Positions 50,399 to 62,500 of a stretch of 64,000 nt of DNA are shown in pieces. The stretch is from Amoebophrya sp. A120. Taxonomy: Eukaryota; Protista; Dinoflagellata. A program made the translations under genes and the position numbers. The stretch lies in contig CAJINV010000001.1 of assembly GCA_905178155.1 (NCBI GenBank), positions 10,404,240 through 10,468,239 of the forward strand. Reading direction: 5' to 3'. Position 1 is the stretch's first letter; each line of letters starts with the position of its first letter. The notes beneath the pieces are model-generated. The model made no database searches, was not told where the DNA came from, and was given only the letters and a program-made list of their open reading frames with translations.

Positions 50399-53300
50399 AT
50401 GACGGCTTCGTCGTCTTCTCAGGGCCCGGACCAAAAACCGGGAAGCGGCGCTCCGGACGCACCGCCAAGCGGTCCACCGGCCGGAGCATCGTCGTCCAAG
50501 AAGAACATTACACAGGATAAAGAAAAATCGAAGATGTCGAAAGACAAAAACCAGCAACAACAAAAGCTAGCTGGAGGAGCAGATCAGCAGCATGCGCCAG
50601 CGGATGACACCTCAGCAACCGAGGCAAACAAAGACTTCCAGATTGGTACGATTCGCATCACAGACGCAGTTTCGCAGTGCGAGCCTCCGAGGCAGTTCAC
50701 CTCAATGGAGAATGCGACCATCTTCAATGAGAAAGCAGGACAAGCCTGGGAAGCTTTTCTCAGCGACCCAGCCCAGTATGCAGATGTGATCTCCATACTA
50801 CCGGACAATAAGTCGGCGCGGCGCCTGATAGTAGAAAAACTAGCCAACATCAATGAGGGAGCTGAGCTGGACTTGCAGAACCTGCAGGCGATGGCGGACA
50901 TAATCTGCACAGCACTGGCCAAGACGTCGCTGTATGCGCACGACAACGGACCAATGATGATCCAATCCATGACGGAAGGTGCATGTAAAGCGAACGGAAT
51001 CGACTACGTCTCACCGTCAAAAGCCTTCGGCGCAATAGTAGGTGACGCAGGAGTGAAGCTAGCAGCCTACATCAGGAAAATCTTCTCGCTCTTTGTGAAC
51101 AAAGTGTGCGACGGCAAAATCTCACAGCTCCCAAAGCACGTAAGCGGCGTTTTTGTGCACGTCAATACCAGGTCAACGATGGGACTCATCCAGCAGATGA
51201 TTTGGTATCTTTTAACATACAGCCTATTTTTGTTAGCAAAGCAACTAACGACAGCACATTTATCGCAGCCGACGTGCATTGATATCCCCCCTTCTCTTCA
51301 AATATCAGGACAATGAGAGCGCAGATTCTGGTCACAGCGCCAGAAAGCGCAGCGAGGGACAAGGACATTTACGGAAAGGACCGCTTCACCGAGCTACTGC
51401 CGGACGCCATACAAGAAATCCTCAACCTGGGGCACACCAAAATCGCAGGACTGGACTTGTCGTCGGAGGGCGGCAAAAAGCGGCTCGGGTGGAACGTCCA
51501 TGACTTTCACGACCTAACCAGCAAAGCGAATGGCCTTGCGCCGAGCTGGCCGTGGGCAGGGATCGCGTACACGACTTTCTCCGACTTCGCAGCAGCATGG
51601 AGCAAGAAATTTGTACCACCACAGCAGCCGGAAGTAGACTTGTCAAAGTCCATATCAGCCCCGAAGAAATCAGCATTACAGCTGGACTTCTCCGGTAGCA
51701 TCAGGAGAAAGTTCCAGTTAGCGCAGCCAGATAGCACCGACCAGTCTTTGCAGGGCCAGGTAAAGCAAGAAGCAGCAAGCTGGGCGAGCAAGTTACAGCC
51801 AAACAGCACCAAAACACAGCAACAGTACATCCCACCAAGCAATCCAGCACACCCTCTCAACCCAACGAACGCAGGAAGCTTACAGTCTTTCTTAGGTTTC
51901 GGAGCAGCAGCCTCGTCATCATCGAATACAGCAGCAGCTTCCTCGGCAGCAAGAGCAGCACAAGTTAGCTCCTCCAGTGCACACAAGAACTTCTTCAGTC
52001 AGTTTAGCAGCAAAAGCAAGAAAAATGGCGTAGCCGTCGGCAACGATAGCAGTAGCGATAGCAGCGACAGCGACGACAGCAACAAAGCAACATACCCGAG
52101 CAGCATGGTATTGGGGAAAAAGCAGAAAAAGCAGCACGCATACCCAAGGCAGGCACAGAACCAGAGCGCCATGGTGTCAGCTCTTGATTTACTTTTCGCC
52201 AAAACAGAAGAAGACGCCAAAAAAGCAGTAGTCACAGAGCAACAAATGGAAGTTGCATACCACTACATAATGGAAGGAGACCCGACCGCTTACGATGTTC
52301 CTTTCGACGAGCAAAATGCGATCCCGCACAACGTCAGGAAGTACACAGCTCTAGACCCGAAAGGAGACCTGAACCCGATTGACTTTGTGCAAGCAAAACA
52401 CGAGGTCGAGGCCACGCTAGTAAAAGGCTTAGCAGCGATGGAAGAAGGCGAACTAGAAGACCGTGTAGCTCCTTTCTTTTCTGTTTTTCTGATGATGAGT
52501 TATGCGCATTATCATGAAAACAATGATACAAGCCCTTTGATATTATTCTTCAAAAAATTTCTTATCAGTCCGCCCCCAGAACGACAGACACTTTGCGTGC
52601 ACGACGAAAGCTGTGCTGTTGCCTTTCAAAACAGTAGTTGAAGCCGGACGAGAAAAAGCCAGGGACTTTGTCTTCGACGTGACGATAATTGGACAGCAGG
52701 GCAGATTGCGAAAAGAGAGATGGCGTGACATGCTGAAGGATCACCCGAACGGATGTAAGCTAGAACCGAGCAAAGCCAATTTCAATTGGCCAAAATCCTT
52801 CGTGGACAAGGACAGAGTAATGAAGACGCTGCTGCAGATCACAAGAGGGGCAGCGGCTGACGATTCCCACCTGTGCAATAGGATCGGGGTAAAATCGCCG
52901 CAGGAGCTGACAGAGCTGAGGAGGATGTTAGAAAAGGTGCCCCCCTTTTTTAAGTCGAGAAAACATTGGACAATAACCAAGTGCACACAGCACGAGCATG
53001 ACAGACATACAGCACTGCACCACAAACCTGCAGCATGCGTTATTTTCTCTCTCCCTCCCAGGTCAAGGACGACTGGGCGCCGAACAGGAGTGACGGCGAC
53101 AGGAGCCCGCAGATTTCAAGCAGAGCCAGCGCGTTCTCGTTGGTCGAGAAGTTTAGTTACGCGGCCATCTTAGCTGCAGCGCCACTGCTGCAGGGGGTGT
53201 GGACGGACAGTGCAGAAAGCAAGTGCGGTTTAGTAGCGTCGAACATCAGAGAAGACGCAATCTGGAAAAAGTTTTGTGCCGAAAAGTTATCGCAAGCGAA

Positions 53301-54084
53301 GGGAGTTTTAGTAGTAATCGACAAGCTACACACAGACGAAAAGTTCAACAAAAACGACTTCAAGCCAAAGGACTACACAAACGCCTTGAAAAAGTGGCGC
53401 ATGGACGTGAATGAAGAGGATCAAGAAGACAGGGACTTCATGGAGAAGATCAAGAACGCCAAAGGGAAAAACAGGAAGGGAAAGAACAATAATAACAACA
53501 ACAACAACAAGGGAGGAGGCAGCAGAGACAACAGAGGAGGTATCAGCTTAGAACATTTTAGCTTCTTGCATCATGCATGCATGCAATATAGGTAGCTTTG
53601 TTGCTTCCTCGGGAAATGCAGCACCAGTGAGTCATTATATTTTCCTTTCTGTTACACTCCAGGAGGCAAAGGCCGAGGAACAGGAAAAGGAGGAGGAGCA
53701 GGCACAGGCAAGGGCAGTGATGAGAGCAAGGGCTTCTTCTTGTTCTTGGATCACACGCGGAATAGTATTTGCGAAGTCATCGACAAAGACCCGGCCAAGT
53801 TCAACTTCCAGAATTGCTGCATCCCGGCGCTGGCCGAAAAATACGGCATCACAAATGCGCAAGGAGAGCTAATCTCTTGCAAGCATAAGGATGGTAGTGA
53901 GTGTAGGAAAGACAAGTGGCACTCGCAAGCAGCCAAAGTCTACAAAGAAAGTCCCACTGTGAAAGCAGTCCCCAGGCCTACCAAGAAGGCAAAGAAGGGC
54001 GCCCCTTCAAGTTCGGCAGCTACCATTACCAGCAATGACACCGAGGCAGCCACAGCTGAAGCTGGAGCGGCTGCTACGGCATAA
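50399..54084 (+). CDS. Gag-like ORF of the YR retrotransposon (5 exons)
   Basis: Introns ~51172-51308, 52463-52634, 52937-53061 and 53540-53662 join the frames. The C-terminus has GGKGRGTGKG and a Cys/His cluster (CC...C..C...H). Assignment as gag rests on position before pol. Confidence 0.7.
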
Positions 54085-54426
54085 TCGTTTCGATCGCAAG
54101 CAATGGATTTTTCATGGGAGTATCAGTTTCGCTCGCTTTTCATGTCTGTCAAACACAAATTTACTGCTGTGCAAGATGTAAGACGGAACCACTCATACCT
54201 GATTCGCAGCACCATTAGTGACAAGGTTGCCGAGGCAAGGCTGCCTACCTTGTCCCCACAAATACAGTTCGTGTTATCGATTCTGTAACACAAAGAGTTG
54301 TGAGAGTAATTTTAGATGCTATGACAGGGAGCAAGAGGACCAGTATTCAGACCTGCATACTAGCCAGCGCGCCACTTTTTCCTCTTCTCAAAACCCACAT
54401 AGCAAGCGGACAATGACCATGGAAAA

Positions 54427-56972
54427 ATGATGACTCTCCCCTTCATCTTCGTTGCGGCAGCAGCAATGCAACCTCGTGCAGTAAGCCTCCGACCCCCCAA
54501 AAAAGCCACCACCAGGATGCCGGTAGTCACACCAGACTGGAAGATGTCGATAGACCACCTGAGGTCGACACACGACTATGACCCGCTCACAAGATTTCAG
54601 CGGGAAGCAGAAAGGCGAGACAAATTAGTCGAGGACTTGTTAAAAGTGGAGCGCGACAACGCTACGACGATAGCGGAGTACGAAAAAGAAAAACCGGATC
54701 ACATCAAGAAGATCAATGACTACTTCGAGGGATGGGACACGATCTACAACACCAAGTACTAGTTATGTTTGATCCTCTTTGGGGTGATGCACTTTGTTTC
54801 TTGCGTATCGAGCGTTGCATGCCATCGACATCATTCATTTTTATACACCGCAGGAGGATGAGCACCTTCATGCACTTTCACGCAGCGGAGCAGTGCAATT
54901 ATTTGGACCCAGACCGCAGGACGCTGCTTTACGGGAAAAAAGGATATGTTAATTGTGGTTTAGAAAGTCAGGGGCAGCTACCCAAATATGGAGCCTGGCC
55001 CAATGGCAAAGAAGTGACAAAGTCAGAGCTTAGCAATCTATCAAACTTCGACATAAACGATCCAGCACGAAAATCAAGCCTAGATAAGTTTGCCCAAATC
55101 AGAGACGGCCCGTGGCACTTCGAAACGGAAGACGTCACAGAAAGGTCGTACAAAAGCTACAGCAAGCTCATGGACGCAGGACTGGCGTCTATGCTCTGTG
55201 AATCCTGTGCAAAATGGGAAATAGAGCAGGGCACATGGTTCGCAGCCATTTTTGGCCTGGGCCAGAAAAAGTGCCACGAAACAGGACAGCGCAGTAAAGT
55301 GCGCCCTATTAGCAATGAGAAATATAGGAATAAAATTTTAAGCCCGCCAGTCGAACATCTTACGTTCAGCGGCCTACCCGAAATCTTGCAGGGCATTGTG
55401 TACTGCTGCAACCCAGAGTACGAAGACTCATACTTCGAAAATAAGAAAGACGTACTTAGAAGCATACAAGTAGCAAGCGACAAAGCTAAAAAGTGGCGCA
55501 AAGGCAATCTCAAAAAGATGACCTGGCGCGACATCCGCACGCTGCCACGAAAGAAAAAAGAGCACAAAGGAAAATCCTTTTTGCCCTGTCTTAGCAAAGA
55601 CGACCTTGCTAGTGCCTATTGGCAATATGGAGTTAAAGATCCAAAACAAAATGGATTTCAAATATACTGCCCCGAAAAACAGCGTATGGAATTCGGATTC
55701 TTACGTTGTTTGAATTTCGGCAATATTCATTCCATATATGGCTTCTGCGCCTGTTGCAGCCAATGGATGGAAAAATGGTTCAACCAAATAGGGAAAGTAC
55801 CAGTATTCCAGTATGTAGATGATTTAGTCTACTTTTCAGATCAGGGCGGAACTTTAGCACCGCTATACGAACGCTTCATAAGGCGCGTGCTAGCAATATG
55901 GGGCATAGCCTTAGCACCAGAGAAGCACGAGCAAATGCTCCCAAGCCAAGACATAGGGGAAATTTTAGGAATAGGATGCAGAAGACTAACAGACTCAATT
56001 GAATTCTTCTTACCAGAAGCAAAAGCTAAGCGGATTGCGGCCGACTTAGATAGGGTGGCAAATTTGATCAGAGATCCAGACCAGCGGACATTAGAATCGA
56101 CGCACAAAGAGTTGGAAAAAGTCCAAGGGTTACTCTGTCACGCGATGTACAGTAGGAAATTTAGAAGAAGTTTACCGGTATTAAAGCACATTTTTGCACT
56201 TACATCGCAGCCCAAAAATTTTGCCCAAAATATTAGCAGCAAAAGCAGACGCGAGCAGTTACTGATAGTCTTGAAAAAGTGCAAGGAGATCATAGAGAGA
56301 AGAGACAAGACAGGCATAGCCCGAGACAAAATGTGTAGGGACAGAGTGCACATGTTTACAGACGCAGCCGCATCACAAAGCGACGGGAAAATTAGTTTCG
56401 GCGCGATAAGTTTCTTAGAAGACGAGGCTAGCAGTATAGGTTTCTTCCTGCATACTAGTCAAGATGAAGTCCCGTCCTTTTTCAAAAGGTCAACAGTAAT
56501 GTGCTACGAGGCGGCTGCAGTGGCATTAGGACAGCGGCTGCTGACGAGATTTAGCGAATCGCCGAGCTACATAGTCAATGTGGACAACTCTTCGCGCACT
56601 TACGGTATAGTGAATGCATCAGTTGATTGTCCAAAAACAGCGTCCGTGATTAGCATCTTAAGTGACAGAGCATATTCGCAGCAAGTTGAGTACTTTTATA
56701 GTTATGTCTCAACGCATTTGAACAGTGCGGATGCGACAACAAGAATAGAAGTGATGGATTCACTAAGCCGATCATACAGCACAAAGTTTCCACTTTCGCG
56801 AAGCGAAGTCATGCAGGAGCTAGAATTGCTGGCAAAAGAATGCGAAGAGTTACATGACGAACTGATGCTAGGGGATATTAGGAAAGAGCAGATGCTTCAC
56901 ATATTTGTTTCAAAATGCACAGGCCGACCAGAAAAAGAAGGCCAAGCTGAAAGAGCCGAAGAAGTCGTGTGA
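54427..56972 (+). CDS. Reverse transcriptase + RNase H (pol), 2 exons
   Basis: RT motifs KVRPISNE, DDLASAYWQ, CLNFGNIHS, QYVDDL and ILGI. RNase H motifs MFTDAA, YEAAAV, VDNS and NSADATTR. Intron 54756-54853. Confidence 0.93.
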
Positions 56973-58266
56973 TTTCGCACGATGCGCAGGCAAAGTTTGT
57001 CACCATTTTAATGGGATCAAGACACAGTTGGAGCGCTGGTCTACCCTGCTCGCCCAAAAGAAAGCCCCAAACATCGTACCCTATCACATCAGCATACAAT
57101 GGCCATTACCACCACAGACAGTCTTACTATTTTGGCCTGAAGAAGAGCGGGATTGCCGCATTGTAGGTATCTGAGATGAGTAGTGTTTTTTCCCTTTGCA
57201 AATCAGAGGAGAGCAAGGCTACATGACAGAGAGTACATACCTCCCCTGTCTTCTTCGCATTTATTTTCTTCTCAGGTGAAGTCGAGACACGAAATTCAAA
57301 GTGGAGAGTTTGGATGCGCTATTGTCAGCTGCACCACCCGGAGTTTTTCTTCATTCCCCACACTTTCACCACACAAGCAGAAGTAGAAGTAATCAAAAAG
57401 CGACACGCCAATGTCACCTTCAGCCACCACCTCATCCCGTTTGCCAATTGGATTTGCGAAAAAGATATCGGGAACCCGATCCCGTACATCTCGACGATCG
57501 CTATCAGATTACGATCGCTGGAGCTTCTGGAGCAGACACAGTCGTACTGCCAGCAAATACAACAAGCAACATACCACAGACTGAAGAGCCTGGCGAAGGA
57601 CCTCTCAGTTAAAAGAGCCATCCCGCCTGACACGAGCAAGCTGAACCTGCTGAACGCAAGAGAATCTCGGTTATTCGCCATGTGGGCGCCCACAGGACTC
57701 CGACCATCAGCCTTTGCGTCGATAGACCCGCTGCAAGTCAAGGATGACCCGGAAGCACCGGGGCGCTTCGTCAGAACACTAGTCACATCCGAAAAAGTGT
57801 TCGCCGTGCCAGGCGAGAGTTTCTATGCCAGAATTCCACAGAATTCATGGTGCTATTAGTTTAGTGATGGTAGCCTATGAGCAGTGTAGAGCATTTGCAT
57901 ACATGCTTTGAGTGCATATACCCCATTGCCTCAGTGCATACAAATATTACAAGGTATCCAGCAGACTTCCCGGCGCACAAAACCGAGATGGACATTTTGT
58001 GCAGAAAGTTAGGCACAACGCCATACGGAGTCAGAAGAAGCTTAGCGATGTGGCTCAGGTTCAGAAGCCTGGAGTGCGGTGCAACACCCGCGGGCGATGA
58101 GATCGCAATGAAGAAATTTGAAGTTTTCAAGAGGAAAGTGACAAGCCATTTTGGATGGTCAGAGTCAAGTTTGATGTGGGAGGAAACCTATTCAGTGGAT
58201 TGCTTGAAATACATCAGCCACAAGTTTTACGTCCACCCAGACACTCAGTGGTGGTTTACTGTATGA
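56905..58266 (+). CDS. Tyrosine recombinase, 3 exons; start unresolved, overlaps pol
   Basis: TGLRPS (Arg), PYGVRRSLA (HxxR-like), HFGW and EETY (candidate Tyr nucleophile). Introns 57167-57275 and 57850-57953. Confidence 0.8.
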
Positions 58267-58647
58267 TCGTTTCGTGTTTCAATCTGAAAATGCAAGAAAA
58301 ACAATGATCTCCCAGCAGGAGGAGAAGAATGTCTGTAGCAAGCGAAGCCTTTCTCGAGTTCCTTTCGTACCAGTCGCAAGTACTACGCTTGTAGTTCGCA
58401 GCCCAAGCATGAGATCTTCCAGCATAACAGAGCAGTGCCTGACGGTGTCCCCTCCATGACCTACACTGATCTTTTGTGCTCAGATCTCTACCTTGTGCTC
58501 CTACTGATCCCCTGGATCAGACCGGTCGTCCCTCATAAGATTCAGATCATATCAGCGACGCCCTGAGAACGTTTGGGGCGCTTTATCGTGCACACGATAG
58601 CCAAAATACAGAAGCACTCTTCGCGCCCGTGAAGAGGAGGAAAGCCA

Positions 58648-58920
58648 CAGCTAGCACTACCCCGACCTTGTCGCGGTGTGTGCTCTGCTGGGTCTTTGCT
58701 GACGCACTCCCCGGAGTGCGTTACTAGTCCGCGCTTGCGGTCTACCCTTGGGTGGACCTTTGCGCTGACTTTCGTCCAGGCATGCTGTGACACTCGTGTC
58801 GCAGCCCGCTTGGACAGCATGGATCTGGTATTTCTTCACTTCTCGATGCTGAGAAGCTGCATCATACAGATACATCATATCGATCCTTGTACTGACGAGT
58901 GCTTTTCACCGTGAATATTT
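58648..58920 (+). repeat. Split direct repeat B1 (273 bp)
   Basis: Matches 59068-59340 with 4 mismatches seen. Confidence 0.97.
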
Positions 58921-59038
58921 TTACGGGATAAATATTTCGAGTGAAAGCATCGTCAGCAAGATCGGTCTCGTTCATATTCATCGTTCATACATTCATTTAC
59001 AGCCCCGGCTGGGATTTCTGGATATTTTTTCAGTTTTC
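58918..59038 (+). repeat. Split direct repeat A2
   Basis: Copy of 46190-46310, overlapping B1 by TTT. Confidence 0.97.
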
Positions 59039-59067
59039 CCCGCCCGCCTACACCCTGATGTAGCGAC

Positions 59068-59340
59068 CAGCTAGCACTACCCCGACCTTGTCGCGGTGTG
59101 TGCTCTGCTGGGTCTTTGCTGACGCACTCCCCGGAGTGCGTTACTAGTCCGCGCTTGCGGTCTACCCTAGGGTGGACCTACGCGCTGACTTTCGTCCAGG
59201 CATGCTGTGACACTCGTGTCGCAGCCCGCTTGGACAGCATGGATCTGGTATTTCTTCACTTCTCGATGCTGAGAAGCTGCATCATACAGATACATCATAT
59301 CGATCCTTGTACTGACGAGTGCTTTTCGCCGTGAATATTT
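59068..59340 (+). repeat. Split direct repeat B2 (element 3' end)
   Basis: Copy of 58648-58920. Confidence 0.97.
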
Positions 59341-59541
59341 ATTGCTCATACAAGGACCTCCGTTGACATTTTTCTTTTTGTCATAATTCATTGCGTTTAC
59401 AGGTCGTATTGATTTTGATTTCGTGTGTTCAACATTGACATTGAAAGTACAAGAAGTTTAGCTTTTCGTAAACTTAAATACCCCGCATAGTTCTGGCTTT
59501 AAGGAAAAGAAATATAACGGAAAGACAAACAAGACAAACAT

Positions 59542-62500
59542 ATGGTATCCCCAACAAGAGATTCGAAAGCCAGCGGTCCGCGGTTGAGGGGTTTCAGAAT
59601 CTGGGGTCGGCACATTTCATTTCTGACCTTCTCACTAGCACTGGCATGGTTCTTCCGCACCGCAACCGCTGCGGATCTTTTCGGTTTCAGGGCCGCGGCA
59701 GATTCGGATTCCGAAGAAGGTGAATTCGCTAGCCCCACGACGGACAGAAAATGGGAGCTGATACAGAACGACAAGGGCCTGACATGCTATCGGCGGCTCG
59801 ATGTCATCGGGCAGCCGGCGCTACGGACGGACACCATCGTCTTTGACCTGGACGAAACTATTTCCCTGATCACAGTCGACATCCGGTCGGGTGACAGCGA
59901 TGCGACAAAGCGCTCCCACTGTGCTATCTCGATGGGCGGCGGCAAGGGATTCGATAAACCAGGAACTACACCAGCTACAGTTGAAGCGGTTCCCGACAAG
60001 AACGTAGATGGGCAAAAGAGGAAACCGAAACGCGTGAGGTTCGAAGACGTAAATGATAGCACCAGTCCTTCGGCGTCTTTGCCCTCTTCGAGAAGAACGC
60101 CGTCGTTTGGCGAGCGATATTCATCTCTAGGATCGGCGTCAGCTAACATAGGAGCGCAAGAGAGCTCTGCTTCTGACCGGCGCACACGCGACCAGCATCA
60201 GGAGCTGCAGCAGCAGCAACAATATTCTGGGGTCGCGACTACCTTGGCCTTGCTGCCAGGGTTTGTAAAACTGGGCGGCAACTACCGAATCGAAAGGCTA
60301 CTGCACACAGTCCGCATGGCGCATAATGCCGGTATGAAACTCCTGCTGATGACCAGAAATCAAGGTGGAGTGTATCGCATCCTTTCCTTCCTGCGGAACT
60401 GCGTTCCCGGGTTGCTGCCCTACTTCAAGCATATAATATCGCTGCACGACAGCCACATTGTGACCAATCCAGACGTAAAGAAGTCGGTGAGAACTTTCCT
60501 ACACGGCGTTACTATTAGACACGACCACGGTTACCTGCACAGTCACGATTGGGAGCGGTACGCAGCTCGGCTGGACGTCAGGGAGTTCCCTTTAGGCGCG
60601 CGCGATCTGGGGCTGGATGACGACGCTTTGCAACGCGCGCGAAACGGGTTTGAGGGACTTCTGCGCGCACTGTGGCCACCTGCGCGTAGCAATCCGCACA
60701 GCGTCAAAATTCCGGCCATCAGTAAAGCGAGTCTGCTGCGAGTGCTCGCGCCGAAACTCCGACTGTCGGCGGAAAGAATGCTGTTGGTTGATGACGATGT
60801 AAATCAGCACATCCCGAATCTCGACGAGGTGTGGTTCCGCGGGGATGATAAACCGAGGAAAACTGGATCTACAACTTCCTCGCGGGACAGAAGAGCAATG
60901 CAGCCCCCGTCATCTGTCGGCGGCGCGAAGAAGCGAATGGAAGCCCTGAACGACGAACTTGTTTCTGTCAATGGGTGGTCTCGGGCGAGCATGAACGCGC
61001 CTGAAGTTGCAGCTGCTGATCAACCGCATTCGCGGGTGGTAGCGCCGTCTTCTCCACTTTCGCAGGAGGACCAACGCGCCGGCGGGCGGCACACACTCAG
61101 TCAGACAACCACAACTATTCCGGTGCTCAGTGGAATGTACGGCACGCAGGACACAAACTGCCTCGCCACAAGCAAATCCAGGGCAAGGGGGACCGGCGTC
61201 AGCAAAAGCAGGACAACTGCAACATCCACTACAACACCGTTCTTAGCTGCCTTCCAGCAGCTCGTCACAATCAATTCCCACGATGCAGATGTGAAAGTAA
61301 GGGCGGATCCTGCGGACAACACTAGAACCACAGCTGCACTTCCTGGTCAGACGAGGACAGTCACCGGTACCTCCGTAATTAGTCCGCAGCGAGTTGCGGC
61401 AGGTAGAAAAAAACTTTTCAGCACCGATCTACAGGAGCCGCCATTCGACCCACTGGGCTTTCTCAGTGGTCCCGATGACGATCTTTCCACTCAAGATCCG
61501 ACGACTGACGAATCCCCCGAGGATGAAGAAGTGCCTGAGGCAGACGAATTTCGAAATCCAAAGGCCAACGGCCCGCAAAAACCTGGAGCGCGAAGGAGAA
61601 TCTGTAGTACTGGAGCTACTCCGGCAAAAGTAAATGATGTACAGGATGCGGAGCCTGACTGCGTCCAGCAAGAAGACCAAATTGTAAAAGGCCTGGCTGC
61701 CCTTACTCTGCGCAATGCTTACGAAAGGTGTCGTGAGGACCTCCGAGAGGTAGACGAGGAAGATGTTGACGTGATAAGTCTTGATCATTCCGCTCACGCA
61801 CCGGTGGGTGTTTTGGACGTGGGAAAGAACCATGCACCAGATGGACAAATGCACGACGGGGCAACGGGTCGAAACAGTAGTAGATTCTGTGTGTACGAGT
61901 ACACCTCCCTGGCAGACATTGTACCAAGGACCAACGAGACGGCGCAGCCATTAGCCGGAAACTGGAACGTCGCAAGACTGAACCAAAACCAACTACAAGC
62001 CATCAACGCATACACAACGAACAGGTGCAGCACTGGGGTTAAAAAGCTGGTCAAGAAGGTTTGCAAACGCTTGAACCCCCTGGCGGCCAGCGCAGGAGAG
62101 GACTGCTGCGGTAGTGTGAACTGGTGCTCTGGCGAGCGAGACTTCGAAGACGGGGACGAAGAAGTAAAGCCATCGAGCAAGGAGATCTGGAAGGGCAGAC
62201 AGCAACGAGACCCGCAGCTCCTGGAGGAAGCAGAACGACGGCCTGGTGTTCCTGCGAGAAGGAAATCAACCCAAAAGCATGACACGCGGCTGCGCGAAGA
62301 AGATTTACTGGCAGAAGACCAAATGCTTCCGCGTGGCTGTCTCGTCCGCAAGTCCGATGAATTCGAAAATTTGCTGCATGCACTCTTCCCGTACGAGCCG
62401 CTACACCCGCTGGGAGGTATCGGCGGCGGCAGGGCTGAGGGCGTTCTCCACTGGCCGGGGTCGCACCGGGAACACTTGGATAACGAGTTTGGTTTGTTGG

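Larger units (their letters stand above)
46190..59340 (+). mobile_element. Full-length tyrosine-recombinase (DIRS-order, Ngaro/PAT-like) retrotransposon with split direct repeats
   Basis: Order A1 - ORFs - B1 - A2 - B2. Encodes RT, RNase H and YR. No TSD. TTT is shared at both ends and at the B1/A2 junction. Confidence 0.93.

Noticed and set aside
58892-58920. Hammerhead ribozyme (CTGACGA core)
   Set aside because: There is no GAAA after a stem II, and the segment is explained by the junction dyad.
58648-59340. LTRs or a collapsed-assembly duplication, and the duplicated 78-aa ORFs
   Set aside because: The A...B-A-B order, several mismatches and the YR gene fit split direct repeats. The ORFs just reflect the repeat.
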